Positions 20,212-30,295 of a DNA stretch of 64,000 nt are shown one piece after another. The notes below the pieces were generated by a model. The model made no database searches and was not told where the DNA came from. It saw nothing but the letters and a program-made list of their open reading frames with translations. A program made the translations under genes and the position numbers. The DNA comes from Parcubacteria group bacterium (GTDB taxonomy: Bacteria > Patescibacteriota > Microgenomatia > UBA1400 > PJMF01), in the NCBI GenBank assembly GCA_943350175.1, contig CALQZX010000004.1, positions 7,214-71,213 on the forward strand, given 5' to 3'. Position 1 is the stretch's first letter; every line of letters starts with the position of its first letter.

Positions 20212-21081
20212 ATGAAAAAAATACATTTCTTTAAAGCTTACTCTAGACTAGGGCTAATCAACCCTCCTCATGGCAGCCAACAATTCAATTATGGCGTAGA
20301 AATCGCTCCTGATTTCGTTTTAGATCAAGATTTTCTAAAAAAATTTGTCAATTATAAAATTGATCGATACACTTTTTCAAAACCAGAAAAAATCATCAAA
20401 GAGGATTATCAAAAAATCATGGCAAAAGAATCCCTAGAATTTGCAGCCTTGATCAATGAAAAATTGAAAAACCAAGAAATTCAGGTTGTTATTGGCGGGG
20501 ACCACAGCGTTGCTTTTGGCTCAGTTTTGGCTTTGTTAGAACGCTACAAACCAGAGGAATTGACCTATGTTCATTTTGATTCTCATGCAGACACTTCCTC
20601 CATGCAAAATAGTCCTAGTCAAAATTTTCATGGACAATTTTTACGCGCCTTAATTGATGAAAACTTTGATCATAAGGCGCTTAGAAAGATCAAGGGCAAA
20701 TGTCTATTAGCAAAAAATACGGTAATTATCGGTGATTTAGAAGCTGATGACTTTGATTTCATTGAGCAAGCAAAAATCAACTATTTTGATGGTCATAATA
20801 CCGAATTAATAATCGAAAGAATCAAATCACTGAGTCAAGAAACCAAACATCTGCATATTAGTTTTGACATTGATGTTTTTGAAAAAAAACTAGTGGCTGC
20901 CACTGGCACACCAAATTCTTGGGGAGGTTTAAATGAAAACCAGGTTTTGCCGATTCTAGAACAACTAGCTCTTTTGCAAAATATATCAATGGATTTGGTC
21001 GAAGTTAATCCGAAAAAAACAGACAGTAGAAACACTATAAACTTAGCGCAAGAAATACTTTCTAAAATACTTTTAAGATAA
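20212..21081 (+). CDS. arginase/agmatinase/formiminoglutamase-family metallohydrolase
   Basis: GGDHSVAFG, HFDSHADT and SFDIDVF binuclear Mn-site motifs. Confidence 0.7.
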   Translation: MKKIHFFKAYSRLGLINPPHGSQQFNYGVEIAPDFVLDQDFLKKFVNYKIDRYTFSKPEKIIKEDYQKIMAKESLEFAALINEKLKNQEIQVVIGGDHSVAFGSVLALLERYKPEELTYVHFDSHADTSSMQNSPSQNFHGQFLRALIDENFDHKALRKIKGKCLLAKNTVIIGDLEADDFDFIEQAKINYFDGHNTELIIERIKSLSQETKHLHISFDIDVFEKKLVAATGTPNSWGGLNENQVLPILEQLALLQNISMDLVEVNPKKTDSRNTINLAQEILSKILLR

Positions 21082-22479
21082 ATTAGCAATAATTTGGTGA
21101 GCTTTGGCTTCAATTTCTAAAGCTCGCTTCTTATTTTTACCAAAAACGATGTAGGCAAGCAATCCTTGCCTAAGTAAATTAGCGGAAGCAATCACGATAC
21201 CTTCTTTAGTTTTTTTATCAAAAAGGACTGATTCAAGAGCTTTAATCAACTCCTCAAAAGATGGGATTACTCCCTTTGGTAGTGCCCAAGAATTATTTGA
21301 CAACACATAAGCGTCATTTAAAAAATCTTTGCCAATTAACTTAACCGCCGTCTTGTAAACATGAGTTCCTCCAGTGCGTCTAGTATTTGACTCTGAGACG
21401 TAGAGATCGCCATTTTTGGCAGCCACCAAATCAACGTCATAATATCCACGGTAACCATTAGCAACGTATTGCTCCCCAACGAAAAATCCCATGTCAATAA
21501 TACGAGCCATTAGGCGATCGTTCATCACATCTTCGTTGATCTCTATACCCTGAAAACCACCATCTTTATCTACACGTAGGCCACAATAATATAGGAAATC
21601 AATCTTGCCATTTTTACTAATCTTAAATTCAACGTTGGGAAAACCACCACCAATGCCATAGCTAACGTTAATTAAACTTTCAATAACGATTGGAAACTTG
21701 TCCCAATAAGCATCTTGCTTAAGAATATTGAGAATAGCTTGTTCACAAGCCTTGTAATCAGTTGGCAATTCTCCTTCACGCAAAATTAAGACACCAACGC
21801 CAGAATGGCCTTTATTGGTCTTCAGAACTACACCATCTTCTTTAATGTATTTTTTGGCGGCAATCTTGGCTGCATCAATGATATTGACACAAATTAAACC
21901 CTCAGCCATCAAAAAATCTGGTTCTTCAACCTCACTTTGCTGAGCTAACTGGCGAATGCCAGATTTGCTACCAAAAAAGTTGACTGTCCAAGCATCTTCT
22001 TCCTCTGGAGACTCAGGGGTATAAACGGCGATGCCGCGCTGTCTGAGCTTATTCACTAGAATCAGAAATTGCTCGCTAGTAGAGTAACTTAGTAAAGTTA
22101 ATTTCTTAACGTGATTAGCCAATTCAATTAGCTTTTCAAACAATTCTTCATCTTCGTAGACATCGCGACAAGTCTCTCCAGAATGTTTCTTGGGAACAAG
22201 TATTTCTAACTTGCGAATGCCAAATAATTCTTTGTAGTATTTTATAAAACTATCCTGAATTGGTCTTGGATTGATAAAAACCAAGTCACTTTCTTCAGTA
22301 TTGGTAAACAAATCACGATCGGATAAATCAGCATTCCAATCAATTTCCAAGGCACGACTGTGCTTTGAACTACTCATGGCTTCGATGAAAGGCCAAACGT
22401 CTTCGGAAAAGTTGCAAATGTATACTGTTTTTTCTGCTTTCTTATGATCAGCAGGTATAGGATCAGATTTTTCTGACAT
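21073..22479 (-). CDS. ATP-grasp superfamily ligase with pre-ATP-grasp domain (PGM1-like), paralog 2
   Basis: same architecture and motifs as 18765-20177 (YRGYYDVDLVAAKNGDLYVSESNTRRTGGTH). Confidence 0.5.
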   Translation of the reverse strand: MSEKSDPIPADHKKAEKTVYICNFSEDVWPFIEAMSSSKHSRALEIDWNADLSDRDLFTNTEESDLVFINPRPIQDSFIKYYKELFGIRKLEILVPKKHSGETCRDVYEDEELFEKLIELANHVKKLTLLSYSTSEQFLILVNKLRQRGIAVYTPESPEEEDAWTVNFFGSKSGIRQLAQQSEVEEPDFLMAEGLICVNIIDAAKIAAKKYIKEDGVVLKTNKGHSGVGVLILREGELPTDYKACEQAILNILKQDAYWDKFPIVIESLINVSYGIGGGFPNVEFKISKNGKIDFLYYCGLRVDKDGGFQGIEINEDVMNDRLMARIIDMGFFVGEQYVANGYRGYYDVDLVAAKNGDLYVSESNTRRTGGTHVYKTAVKLIGKDFLNDAYVLSNNSWALPKGVIPSFEELIKALESVLFDKKTKEGIVIASANLLRQGLLAYIVFGKNKKRALEIEAKAHQIIANLS

Positions 22480-22586
22480 AAATTGTGATTCTATTATTTA
22501 GAATCGATAGGAACTTATTTTATCACAAATCGCTATTTGTAAAGAAGAACTTAGACTTGAGGAACTGAAATCAATTGTCCTATAGT

Positions 22587-22614
22587 TTGCATTTAAATGA
22601 CTTCGTGCTATAAT
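22587..22614 (+). promoter_or_regulatory. sigma-70-like promoter (TTGCAT, 16 nt, TGcTATAAT) with a roughly 90-nt leader for the DEAD-box helicase
   Basis: -35 at 22587-22592, extended -10 at 22606-22614. Confidence 0.45.
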
Positions 22615-22707
22615 ACCCTTTCGTATTTAAAATAATTCATTTGGTTGAGCACGCAAAACATTTGCTTCTTGTCTTTAACCTCTGAAGGATTAAAGAAAGA
22701 AAGTAAT

Positions 22708-24003
22708 ATGTATAACAACGATCGTCGCTCTGGTTCTAATTTTCATAGTGACAGAAATAATAATTCAAGCTCTCGCAGTGGCGGTTCTAGTCGTGGCGGC
22801 TGGGGCGGTGGCGGCAACAGTGGCGGTTCAAATCGCGGCTGGGGCGGCAATGGCGGTGTCAATAGAGGTCGTGGCGGCAGAAAAGTCGTTAGTTTCGATC
22901 CTTCTATGTTCATCCAAAAAGCCAGCGTCGATAATAAAATCGATGAAGCTCAACCAGAAGTTTATCAAAACCTCCATGCTTTTAATGATTTTGCTATTAA
23001 CGAGCAAATTAAAATTAATTTAGCTCAAAAAGGCTATACTGCTCCAACTCCAATTCAGGATCAAATTATTCCTCATATTTTAGATGGTAGAGACGTGGTC
23101 GGTATTGCTAGTACAGGTACTGGTAAAACTGCTGCTTTCTTAATTCCTCTAATTAATAAGGTTTTGAAGAACCCTGCTACTAGAGTTTTAGTGGTTACTC
23201 CAACTCGTGAACTTGCTTTGCAAATCAGAGACGAGCTCATCACTTTTAGTCAAAACTTGCCAATCTATTCTGCCATTGTGATTGGCGGCTCTTCTATCTC
23301 TCGTCAAATCGAGCGTTTACAAAGAAGACCATCCTTCGTCATTGGTACTCCAGGTCGTTTAAAAGATTTGGATCTTAGACACAAATTAAATTTTGCTCAT
23401 TTTGACACCATCGTCTTGGATGAAGTCGACAGAATGTTGGACATGGGCTTTATTCATGAAGTCAAAAGAATCACCGATCAATTGCCAGAAGAAAGACAAT
23501 CTCTGTTTTTCTCAGCTACCACTAATAAAAAAGTAGAAGCCATTATGCAGGGTTTCCTTAGAAATCCAGCTTTTGTCGCTATTGAGTCAAGAGAAAGCAA
23601 GCCAAACATCGATCAAGATATTGTTAACGTAAGAGGTAAAGTCAAAATTGATGTTTTGCATGACCTTTTAATCCAAGAAGCATTCCAAAAAGTTTTAGTT
23701 TTTGGCCGTACTAAGCACAGCATGGAAAGACTAACCATTGAACTCGGTTCAAGAGGTTTTAAAGTCGCTTCCATTCATGGCAATAAGAGTCAGGGTCAAA
23801 GACAAAGAGCTTTAGAGCAATTCCGTGACAATCGTATTCAAATCCTTTTGGCCACTGACGTGGTTTCTAGAGGTTTGGATATCAAAGATGTTACTCACGT
23901 CATTAACTATGATCTGCCAGAAACTCGTGAAGATTATATTCACCGTATTGGTCGTACAGGTCGTGCTGACAAAACCGGCATTGCTTTGACTTTTATTGAC
24001 TAA
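22708..24003 (+). CDS. DEAD-box ATP-dependent RNA helicase with N-terminal Gly/Arg-rich (RGG-like) low-complexity extension
   Basis: Q-motif; ASTGTGKTAAF, PTRELA, DEVD, SAT, HRIGRTGR. Start chosen at ATG 22708 after a GAAGGA RBS rather than the upstream ORF-track start. Confidence 0.85.
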   Translation: MYNNDRRSGSNFHSDRNNNSSSRSGGSSRGGWGGGGNSGGSNRGWGGNGGVNRGRGGRKVVSFDPSMFIQKASVDNKIDEAQPEVYQNLHAFNDFAINEQIKINLAQKGYTAPTPIQDQIIPHILDGRDVVGIASTGTGKTAAFLIPLINKVLKNPATRVLVVTPTRELALQIRDELITFSQNLPIYSAIVIGGSSISRQIERLQRRPSFVIGTPGRLKDLDLRHKLNFAHFDTIVLDEVDRMLDMGFIHEVKRITDQLPEERQSLFFSATTNKKVEAIMQGFLRNPAFVAIESRESKPNIDQDIVNVRGKVKIDVLHDLLIQEAFQKVLVFGRTKHSMERLTIELGSRGFKVASIHGNKSQGQRQRALEQFRDNRIQILLATDVVSRGLDIKDVTHVINYDLPETREDYIHRIGRTGRADKTGIALTFID

Positions 24004-24062
24004 GATTTCCTCTGGAGGAAACTATTCTAGACAAAGCAAGATTTATCTGCAAGTATAGTGGT

Positions 24063-25094
24063 ATGTCTAAAATATACCAAACTCCTTTTTTTGTGGATGA
24101 TGAAGCCTTAAAAAAACTAAAATTAGTTGCTGTAGCTTATTCTCACATCGATAGAGAAGACTTTCCCACGGAGGACTCTTACGAGGCTGAAGTTGAAGTG
24201 GAAGATCGAGCCGAAGAAGTCATCGCTGAAATTGCCAAGTTGGGCGTAGCGGTCAAAGGCTATGCTGGCAATCAATATTTTTTGACTAATATTTTAGTGG
24301 ATAAACCAGATCTGGTTATTAATTTAGTCGATACCGTCAGAGGCAAAGAAGGTCTGCAACCAGCAGTTCCTGGTGCTCTTGAACTCTCATCAGTTAAATA
24401 CACCGGCTCGGGACTACGTGGCTTGGTGCTTGGCAATGATCGCCATATGTTTAAGCAAATGTTGATTGCGCACGATATTCCAACACCAAACTACAAGTTC
24501 ATTAAAGACATGCGTTCTAGAATTCCTGCAGATTTAGGCCTACCTTTAATTGTTAAATTAAATGAAAGTGGCGGCAGTGTCGGAATTGATAACAAAGCAG
24601 TTAAAGAAACCATGGAAGCTGCAACCAAAAAAATGGCCAAGATGTTGGAAGAGCACAAAATGCACGTTATTGTTGAACAATTCATTGATGGACCAGAAAT
24701 TACTGCTGCAATTTTTGACGATGGCAAAAGAAAACATGTTTTCCTCGGCCAAAAAACTTTCCGTCTCCAACCAGATGGCAAACATGATTTTACTAGCCTA
24801 GAGAGTTATGAGGACATTAAGGCCTATTTCTATAAAATCCCTGATCAAGACATCATTGATCGCATTACTCCTCTAGTCATTCGTGCCTTTGAAACCCAGG
24901 ACTATCGCGATTACGCTAAGTTTGATATTCGCTATGATGAAGCCAGCAAAACTCCTTATTTCATTGATTGTAATCCTAATACTGCTCTTGGACCGGATAA
25001 AGGTTTGCCAATGACCGAAGTTTTATTGCTTCATGGCATTGAGTTTACTCACTTGCTCAAGAGCTTGCTGTCAAAATACGCAGTAAAAATATAA
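24063..25094 (+). CDS. D-alanine--D-alanine ligase-like ATP-grasp enzyme
   Basis: PLIVKLNESGGSVGI (P-loop-like), VEQFIDGPEITAAIF, catalytic YFIDCNPNTALGP. Confidence 0.6.
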   Translation: MSKIYQTPFFVDDEALKKLKLVAVAYSHIDREDFPTEDSYEAEVEVEDRAEEVIAEIAKLGVAVKGYAGNQYFLTNILVDKPDLVINLVDTVRGKEGLQPAVPGALELSSVKYTGSGLRGLVLGNDRHMFKQMLIAHDIPTPNYKFIKDMRSRIPADLGLPLIVKLNESGGSVGIDNKAVKETMEAATKKMAKMLEEHKMHVIVEQFIDGPEITAAIFDDGKRKHVFLGQKTFRLQPDGKHDFTSLESYEDIKAYFYKIPDQDIIDRITPLVIRAFETQDYRDYAKFDIRYDEASKTPYFIDCNPNTALGPDKGLPMTEVLLLHGIEFTHLLKSLLSKYAVKI

Positions 25095-25100
25095 TGATTT

Positions 25101-25703
25101 ATGCAAATACGTCAGATCACGCAAATCTCTGAAGCACATTGTGGTGCAGCTGTTTTGCAAATGCTCCTTGAAACAAATGGCGTCACTACCTCTCAAGAAA
25201 TGATTGCTGAAATTGCTGGTGTTGTCGACACTATCGATGAGCATGGCATGCGCGTTGATCAAATTGCCTTAGCTTGCAACCGCATTGCGCCACATTTAAC
25301 TTTTTGGTACAAATATTATTCTTCATTAGAAGACATTAAATATCTACTAACACAGAACATCGCTATTGGTGTTGAATGGCAAGGCTTGTTTTATAATTCG
25401 TTGGAAGAAGAAGATGAGGCTGGTAAAGAAGAAACCGATTATGGTCACTACAGCATTATTGTTTTCTTTGACGAAGAATCAGAACAATTAGTGATAGTTG
25501 ATCCATATAAAGATTTCGCTAACCGTAATCGTATTTTCAATATCCACACTTTTTTACAACGTTGGTGGGACACTAACGAAATCACTGATCGATTTACTGG
25601 CAAAAGTGAAATCATTGAAGACAAGAGAATGCTTTTTTTCGTCACTTCCGACGAACAAAATTTACCACAAGAAATGGGTTTTAAGAAATATAACGGAATC
25701 TAA
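25101..25703 (+). CDS. papain-fold peptidase C39-like / BtrH-like cysteine protease or acyltransferase
   Basis: catalytic Cys in SEAHCGAAVLQMLL and His in DYGHYSIIVFFDE; 6-nt gap after the Ddl-like ligase. Confidence 0.45.
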   Translation: MQIRQITQISEAHCGAAVLQMLLETNGVTTSQEMIAEIAGVVDTIDEHGMRVDQIALACNRIAPHLTFWYKYYSSLEDIKYLLTQNIAIGVEWQGLFYNSLEEEDEAGKEETDYGHYSIIVFFDEESEQLVIVDPYKDFANRNRIFNIHTFLQRWWDTNEITDRFTGKSEIIEDKRMLFFVTSDEQNLPQEMGFKKYNGI

Positions 25704-28230
25704 AAAATTTCAGCATCTCAAACCACACTAAGCCAACAGAAATGGCAAAAATAATCAGCAGAAAATCATTCAAATAAAGTGGCGCTAGATGAAATAAATC
25801 TGCCAAAAATGGCACGTAAATAACGGCAAATAAAGCAATCAAAGTTCCGATTACAGCCACAAAGAATGTCTTATTAGCTTTCATAATTATTTGAAAAATA
25901 TTTTTATTCCACGAAAGATTGACCACTATTAATAAAAGATTAGCTAAAACCAAGGAGGCAAAGGCAAAAGAACGTGCTTCCATCTCGGTTCTGCCTGATT
26001 TGATAGCAAAAACAAATAGAGCAAAAGTCGCAATCAAAAGTCCAGAACCTTGTAATAAATTTATTAGAACTGTTTTGAAATTAAACATCGACTGATTAAT
26101 TTTTCTGGGAGATCTCTTCATTATCCCCTCATCTTCTTTCTCTGCTTCAAAAACAGTTGAGCAAGCAGGATCAATAATTAGCTCCATAAAAGCAATGTGA
26201 GCTGGAAAAAGCACAATCGGAAAATTGAAGAAAAGAGGCAACAAAGACATACCGGCGATCGGCACATGCACAGCCAAAATATAACCCATGGCTCTCTTTA
26301 AGTTATCAAAAATTCTTCTACCCAAACGCACGGCCGCTACAATTGAAGAAAAATCATCAGTCAACAAAACTAAAGCTGCGGCCTCTCTAGCTACGTCAGT
26401 TCCACGCTCGCCCATGGCAATGCCAATGTGGGCTGCTTTGAGAGCTGGAGCGTCATTGACACCATCGCCAGTCATAGCAACTACTTCACCGTTAGCTTTT
26501 AAAGCATTAACAATCGCCAATTTCTGTTCTGGCACGACCCTAGCAAAGATATTAACAGTCTTAATTTTTTCTTTTAGCTGCGAATCACTCATTTTGGCTA
26601 ATTGATCTCCAGTAATATATTCTTCTGAATTTTTAATCCCAATCTTCTTGGCGATAGATTGAGCAGTGCCAGGATAATCTCCGGTAATAACAATCACCCT
26701 GATACCAGCCTCATAAGCCTCCTGCACAGCATTTGGCACAGCGCTGCGAGTGGGATCAATAAAACCAAAAAGCCCCACAAATTCAAAAGTAAAATCATGC
26801 TGATTTTTTGGCAACTCATTTTTAGATGAAATCGCCTTAGCTACTCCTAAAACTCTCAATCCTTTGCCGGACATTTCCGCCACTACTTTTAAGGTTTCTT
26901 CTCTCTCCTTGGCGCTAACGTGGCATAAATCAAGAATTGCCTCAGGAGCACCTTTGGAAGCAATAACGAAATCTTTTTTATCCTCAATCTTCCAAGCATG
27001 AGAAAGGGCAAGGAGTTCCTTGGATAATGGATATTCTTTGAATAAATTCCAATCTTTATGTAGGTGATGAGTATTTTGTAAATATAAATCGCCAACCCCA
27101 CTTAGTTCTTTTTCAATTGGATCAAATGGATCTTTTTGACTGGCCAAAATTCCATACTCCAACAAATCATGAAACTTAGCTGGTAACTCTGTGGCAGCAC
27201 AATCACTTATTTCACAAAAAGAGTTTTTCGTATAAAGACTGGTTAGCTCCATTTTATTGAGCGTTAAAGTACCAGTCTTATCCGTACAAAGGACAGTGGC
27301 AGCACCAAGGGTCTCTATGGCTGCAGGACGTCTAGTCAAAACTTTTTTCTTTGAAATTCTCCAGGCACCTAAAGTCAGGAAAATAACCAAAACAATTGGA
27401 AATTCTTCTGGCAAAACAGCCATGCTTAAAGTCAAACCGGCCAATAAGCCTTGGATTAAATCGTTTTTAACCAAAACATAAAATAAAACCACCAATAAAC
27501 ACAAAATAGCACCAATAATCCCAACGTATCTAACTATTTTTGCGGTTTCTTTATGAAGCAAGGTGTCTTCATCTTTAATGTCTTCCAAGCTTTTGCCAAT
27601 TTTTCCTATTTCGGTGCGAGAGGCAGTTTGAATAACTTTCGCTATTGCGCGACCAGCGACTACCATCGAACCAGAATAAATAAATGGCAGGTCATCTCCA
27701 CCTGGCCTCTGCTGTTCCAACTTGCCATCCCAAACTGATTTTCGAACAGGCATTGATTCGCCAGTAAGCAGAGATTCGTCCACGGATAAATTTTCACAAG
27801 ACAAAATAGTTGCGTCAGCTGGAACTCTATCACCTTCACGAATAACGATGAGATCACCTTTGACTACTTCTCTGCCTGCAATTCTAATTTGTTTGCCGTC
27901 TCTAAGCACTAAAGCCCTTGGGCTGGATAAACTTCGCAAAGATTCTAGAGTTCTTTCGGTTTTTCTTTCCTGATAAAAAGTAATGCCAATGACCACAAAA
28001 ACAGCAACTAGCAACATCATGGCATCTTTTGGTTCGCCCATTAAAAAATATATTAGTCCGCTGCCAAGCAAAATTAAGAGCATTGGTTCAGAAAGAACTT
28101 TGAGAAAAAGCATGAGACTACTTTGTTTTTTTTGAGAAGGTAATTCATTGTAGCCATCATTTTTTAAAATTTTCTTCACCTCAGATTCTGAAAGACCTGG
28201 AAAATTGCTGGCATCTGAAAAAGTAGTCAT
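25681..28230 (-). CDS. P-type cation-transporting ATPase (type II, Ca2+/Mg2+-like)
   Basis: TGES, phosphorylation site DKTGTLT, hinge TGDGVNDAPAL, 10 TM. Confidence 0.85.
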   Translation of the reverse strand: MTTFSDASNFPGLSESEVKKILKNDGYNELPSQKKQSSLMLFLKVLSEPMLLILLGSGLIYFLMGEPKDAMMLLVAVFVVIGITFYQERKTERTLESLRSLSSPRALVLRDGKQIRIAGREVVKGDLIVIREGDRVPADATILSCENLSVDESLLTGESMPVRKSVWDGKLEQQRPGGDDLPFIYSGSMVVAGRAIAKVIQTASRTEIGKIGKSLEDIKDEDTLLHKETAKIVRYVGIIGAILCLLVVLFYVLVKNDLIQGLLAGLTLSMAVLPEEFPIVLVIFLTLGAWRISKKKVLTRRPAAIETLGAATVLCTDKTGTLTLNKMELTSLYTKNSFCEISDCAATELPAKFHDLLEYGILASQKDPFDPIEKELSGVGDLYLQNTHHLHKDWNLFKEYPLSKELLALSHAWKIEDKKDFVIASKGAPEAILDLCHVSAKEREETLKVVAEMSGKGLRVLGVAKAISSKNELPKNQHDFTFEFVGLFGFIDPTRSAVPNAVQEAYEAGIRVIVITGDYPGTAQSIAKKIGIKNSEEYITGDQLAKMSDSQLKEKIKTVNIFARVVPEQKLAIVNALKANGEVVAMTGDGVNDAPALKAAHIGIAMGERGTDVAREAAALVLLTDDFSSIVAAVRLGRRIFDNLKRAMGYILAVHVPIAGMSLLPLFFNFPIVLFPAHIAFMELIIDPACSTVFEAEKEDEGIMKRSPRKINQSMFNFKTVLINLLQGSGLLIATFALFVFAIKSGRTEMEARSFAFASLVLANLLLIVVNLSWNKNIFQIIMKANKTFFVAVIGTLIALFAVIYVPFLADLFHLAPLYLNDFLLIIFAISVGLVWFEMLKFFRFRYIS

Positions 28231-28357
28231 TTGTTCATAATATCATGAAACCTGACTTCATAAATGGAGCGCAATGTATCCCATAACTGTGCTATAATGG
28301 ATATACTAATACATTTATTTGTATTTATTTTGGCCTCCTAACCCAAATTTCTAAATT

Positions 28358-29485
28358 ATGAAAAAATCAATTTATTTTGATGTTCTTATTGTGTATAACG
28401 AGAAGTTTTCCAAAAGCGCATCTGATCATTCAATTAACAATAAGACACCATTTACAAAAAAACTTGGCAACGAATCATATAATGTAGTTTATGGTTGTTT
28501 TCTTGAAGTTTGCAAAAAATTTGAATTGAAAGCTGCCTTAACGAGTTCAGCTGACATTTCTGGACCAGGAACATGCAGAAGTTTTTGGAGTTTTGAAAAT
28601 AAAAAATGGATAAAAAACAATTTAGAATGTTCCTCCAATTTAATATTTGATAAATTTGCTCCTACAAATCTTGGTATTAAATTGCGTCGCAAACTATTAT
28701 TTTCATCTAGAAAAGTTAAACCATTCAATGATCCTTTTTTATTTGAATTATTTTTTGACAAACAAAAAACTTACGAAAAACTGAGCAGCTATTCTATTCC
28801 AACCGTTTCTTTGGAAGAAAATACCTTGACCAGCATCAATGAGGTTTGTCAAGAATTGGCAATTCTATCTAAAAAACATCCTGGCGCAAACGATTTTAGC
28901 ACTGACATCGTCATGAAAGATCAATTTGGGGCTGGCGGCGAAAACGTCTATAAATTTCCAATCAATAACTCTAAAAATATCTTAGCAACCGTTCTTAAAA
29001 ACACAGGTATTTCGTTTATCATTCAACCATTTGTTAAATTTGATCAAGGCTTTAGTTATCAAAATGCGCCGGCCACAACCGACATCCGCTTCGTTTATCT
29101 AGGTGGAAAAATTGTCCAGTCTTACATCAGAATAGCCAAAACAGGAGATTTTCGCTGCAATGAACATCTGGGAGGCTCTTTAACTTACCTACCCCTCACG
29201 GAAATACCAAAAAAAATAATCACCAAAGCCAATTTAATTGCCAAGGTTTTGAAACAGAAATCATCACTCTACGCGCTTGATTTTGTTATCAGCAACAATG
29301 GAAATGTCTACTTATTAGAAGGCAATACTATGCCTGGTTTAGACTGGAATATGGCGCTAAAAGACAATGAGATTAAAGCTAAAAAATTGATTGAACTAGT
29401 AGTTAAAGAAATGGTATTAAGAACAAAGGCGAAAGTTGCTCAACATTTATCTAAGTCACTATCTTCGTCATACTCAGTTCTTTGA
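28358..29485 (+). CDS. ATP-grasp ligase, RimK/glutathione-synthetase-like
   Basis: IVMKDQFGAGGENVY; C-terminal ALDFVISNNGNVYLLEGNTMPGL (ExN motif). Confidence 0.55.
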   Translation: MKKSIYFDVLIVYNEKFSKSASDHSINNKTPFTKKLGNESYNVVYGCFLEVCKKFELKAALTSSADISGPGTCRSFWSFENKKWIKNNLECSSNLIFDKFAPTNLGIKLRRKLLFSSRKVKPFNDPFLFELFFDKQKTYEKLSSYSIPTVSLEENTLTSINEVCQELAILSKKHPGANDFSTDIVMKDQFGAGGENVYKFPINNSKNILATVLKNTGISFIIQPFVKFDQGFSYQNAPATTDIRFVYLGGKIVQSYIRIAKTGDFRCNEHLGGSLTYLPLTEIPKKIITKANLIAKVLKQKSSLYALDFVISNNGNVYLLEGNTMPGLDWNMALKDNEIKAKKLIELVVKEMVLRTKAKVAQHLSKSLSSSYSVL

Positions 29486-29930
29486 GTTTATTAATCAATT
29501 CTTCATCTAAATAATTTGAAGTATCTATCTGCTCTGCATCAAAGATTCTAAGTCCTTCAATAATTCTTCTCACAAAAATTGCCTCATGAGTTCTTAAGTT
29601 TCTCAATTTAATTTCGTTTTCTTCAAAAGTCTTTGAAATGATCACCAATTGAGAGCGGAAAATCGTGGTGTTAATAAAAACATTTGAAATGTTCTTAATA
29701 TCAATACTGTGCACTTCGGAAGAAAGAAAGTGACGATAAATGATCGTCACCCTACCTTCTTCAATATTCATCGTGTTTGGAAAGAAATCAAAAGGAAAAG
29801 CATGTGAAGAGATGCTAACTAGAATTCTGTTAGATTTTCTAACCAGATTAGCAATGGCAATATCATCTGATATTTTTTTCTCATTCAACATCTTTTTTTC
29901 CTCAATAATTTGATTCTTTGTAAGATACAT
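29451..29930 (-). CDS. hypothetical protein
   Basis: ORF only. Confidence 0.4.
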   Translation of the reverse strand: MYLTKNQIIEEKKMLNEKKISDDIAIANLVRKSNRILVSISSHAFPFDFFPNTMNIEEGRVTIIYRHFLSSEVHSIDIKNISNVFINTTIFRSQLVIISKTFEENEIKLRNLRTHEAIFVRRIIEGLRIFDAEQIDTSNYLDEELINKLKELSMTKIVT

Positions 29931-29954
29931 ATTTTTAAAAGTTTTTATTTATGG

Positions 29955-30194
29955 CTAGAGGATTCTGCCAATAAAAATAACTAACAGAGCACCTAAAACT
30001 GCAACTGCAAAAGAATTCACATCAAAGCCAGTTATGCCAACTCCAAAAAATCTCTGTCCCAAATAACCGCCAACCACTGCACCAATAATTCCCAAAAGAA
30101 TTGAGCTGATAATTCCACCTTGAGGACCTGGAACAATAAAATTTGTAATGCTTCCGACAATTAAGCCAAAAACTATCCAGTAGATAAATGACAT
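29955..30194 (-). CDS. GlsB/YeaQ/YmgE-family small stress-response membrane protein (transglycosylase-associated protein)
   Basis: about 80 aa, two Gly-zipper TM segments (IIGAVVGGYLG); start set at MSFIYW. Confidence 0.6.
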   Translation of the reverse strand: MSFIYWIVFGLIVGSITNFIVPGPQGGIISSILLGIIGAVVGGYLGQRFFGVGITGFDVNSFAVAVLGALLVIFIGRIL

Positions 30195-30295
30195 AAAAGT
30201 CTCCTTTCGCACCAATAACTAATAAAAAATATAATCTAAACGGTATCCACACCCTATAACTAACAGTAGTGATTGTATATAGCAGTCTAGCGCAA

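Noticed and set aside
26288-26605. 105-aa Ala-rich ORF antisense to the P-type ATPase
   Set aside because: It is antisense to conserved P-type ATPase motifs (the TGDGVNDAPAL region), so it is a chance frame.
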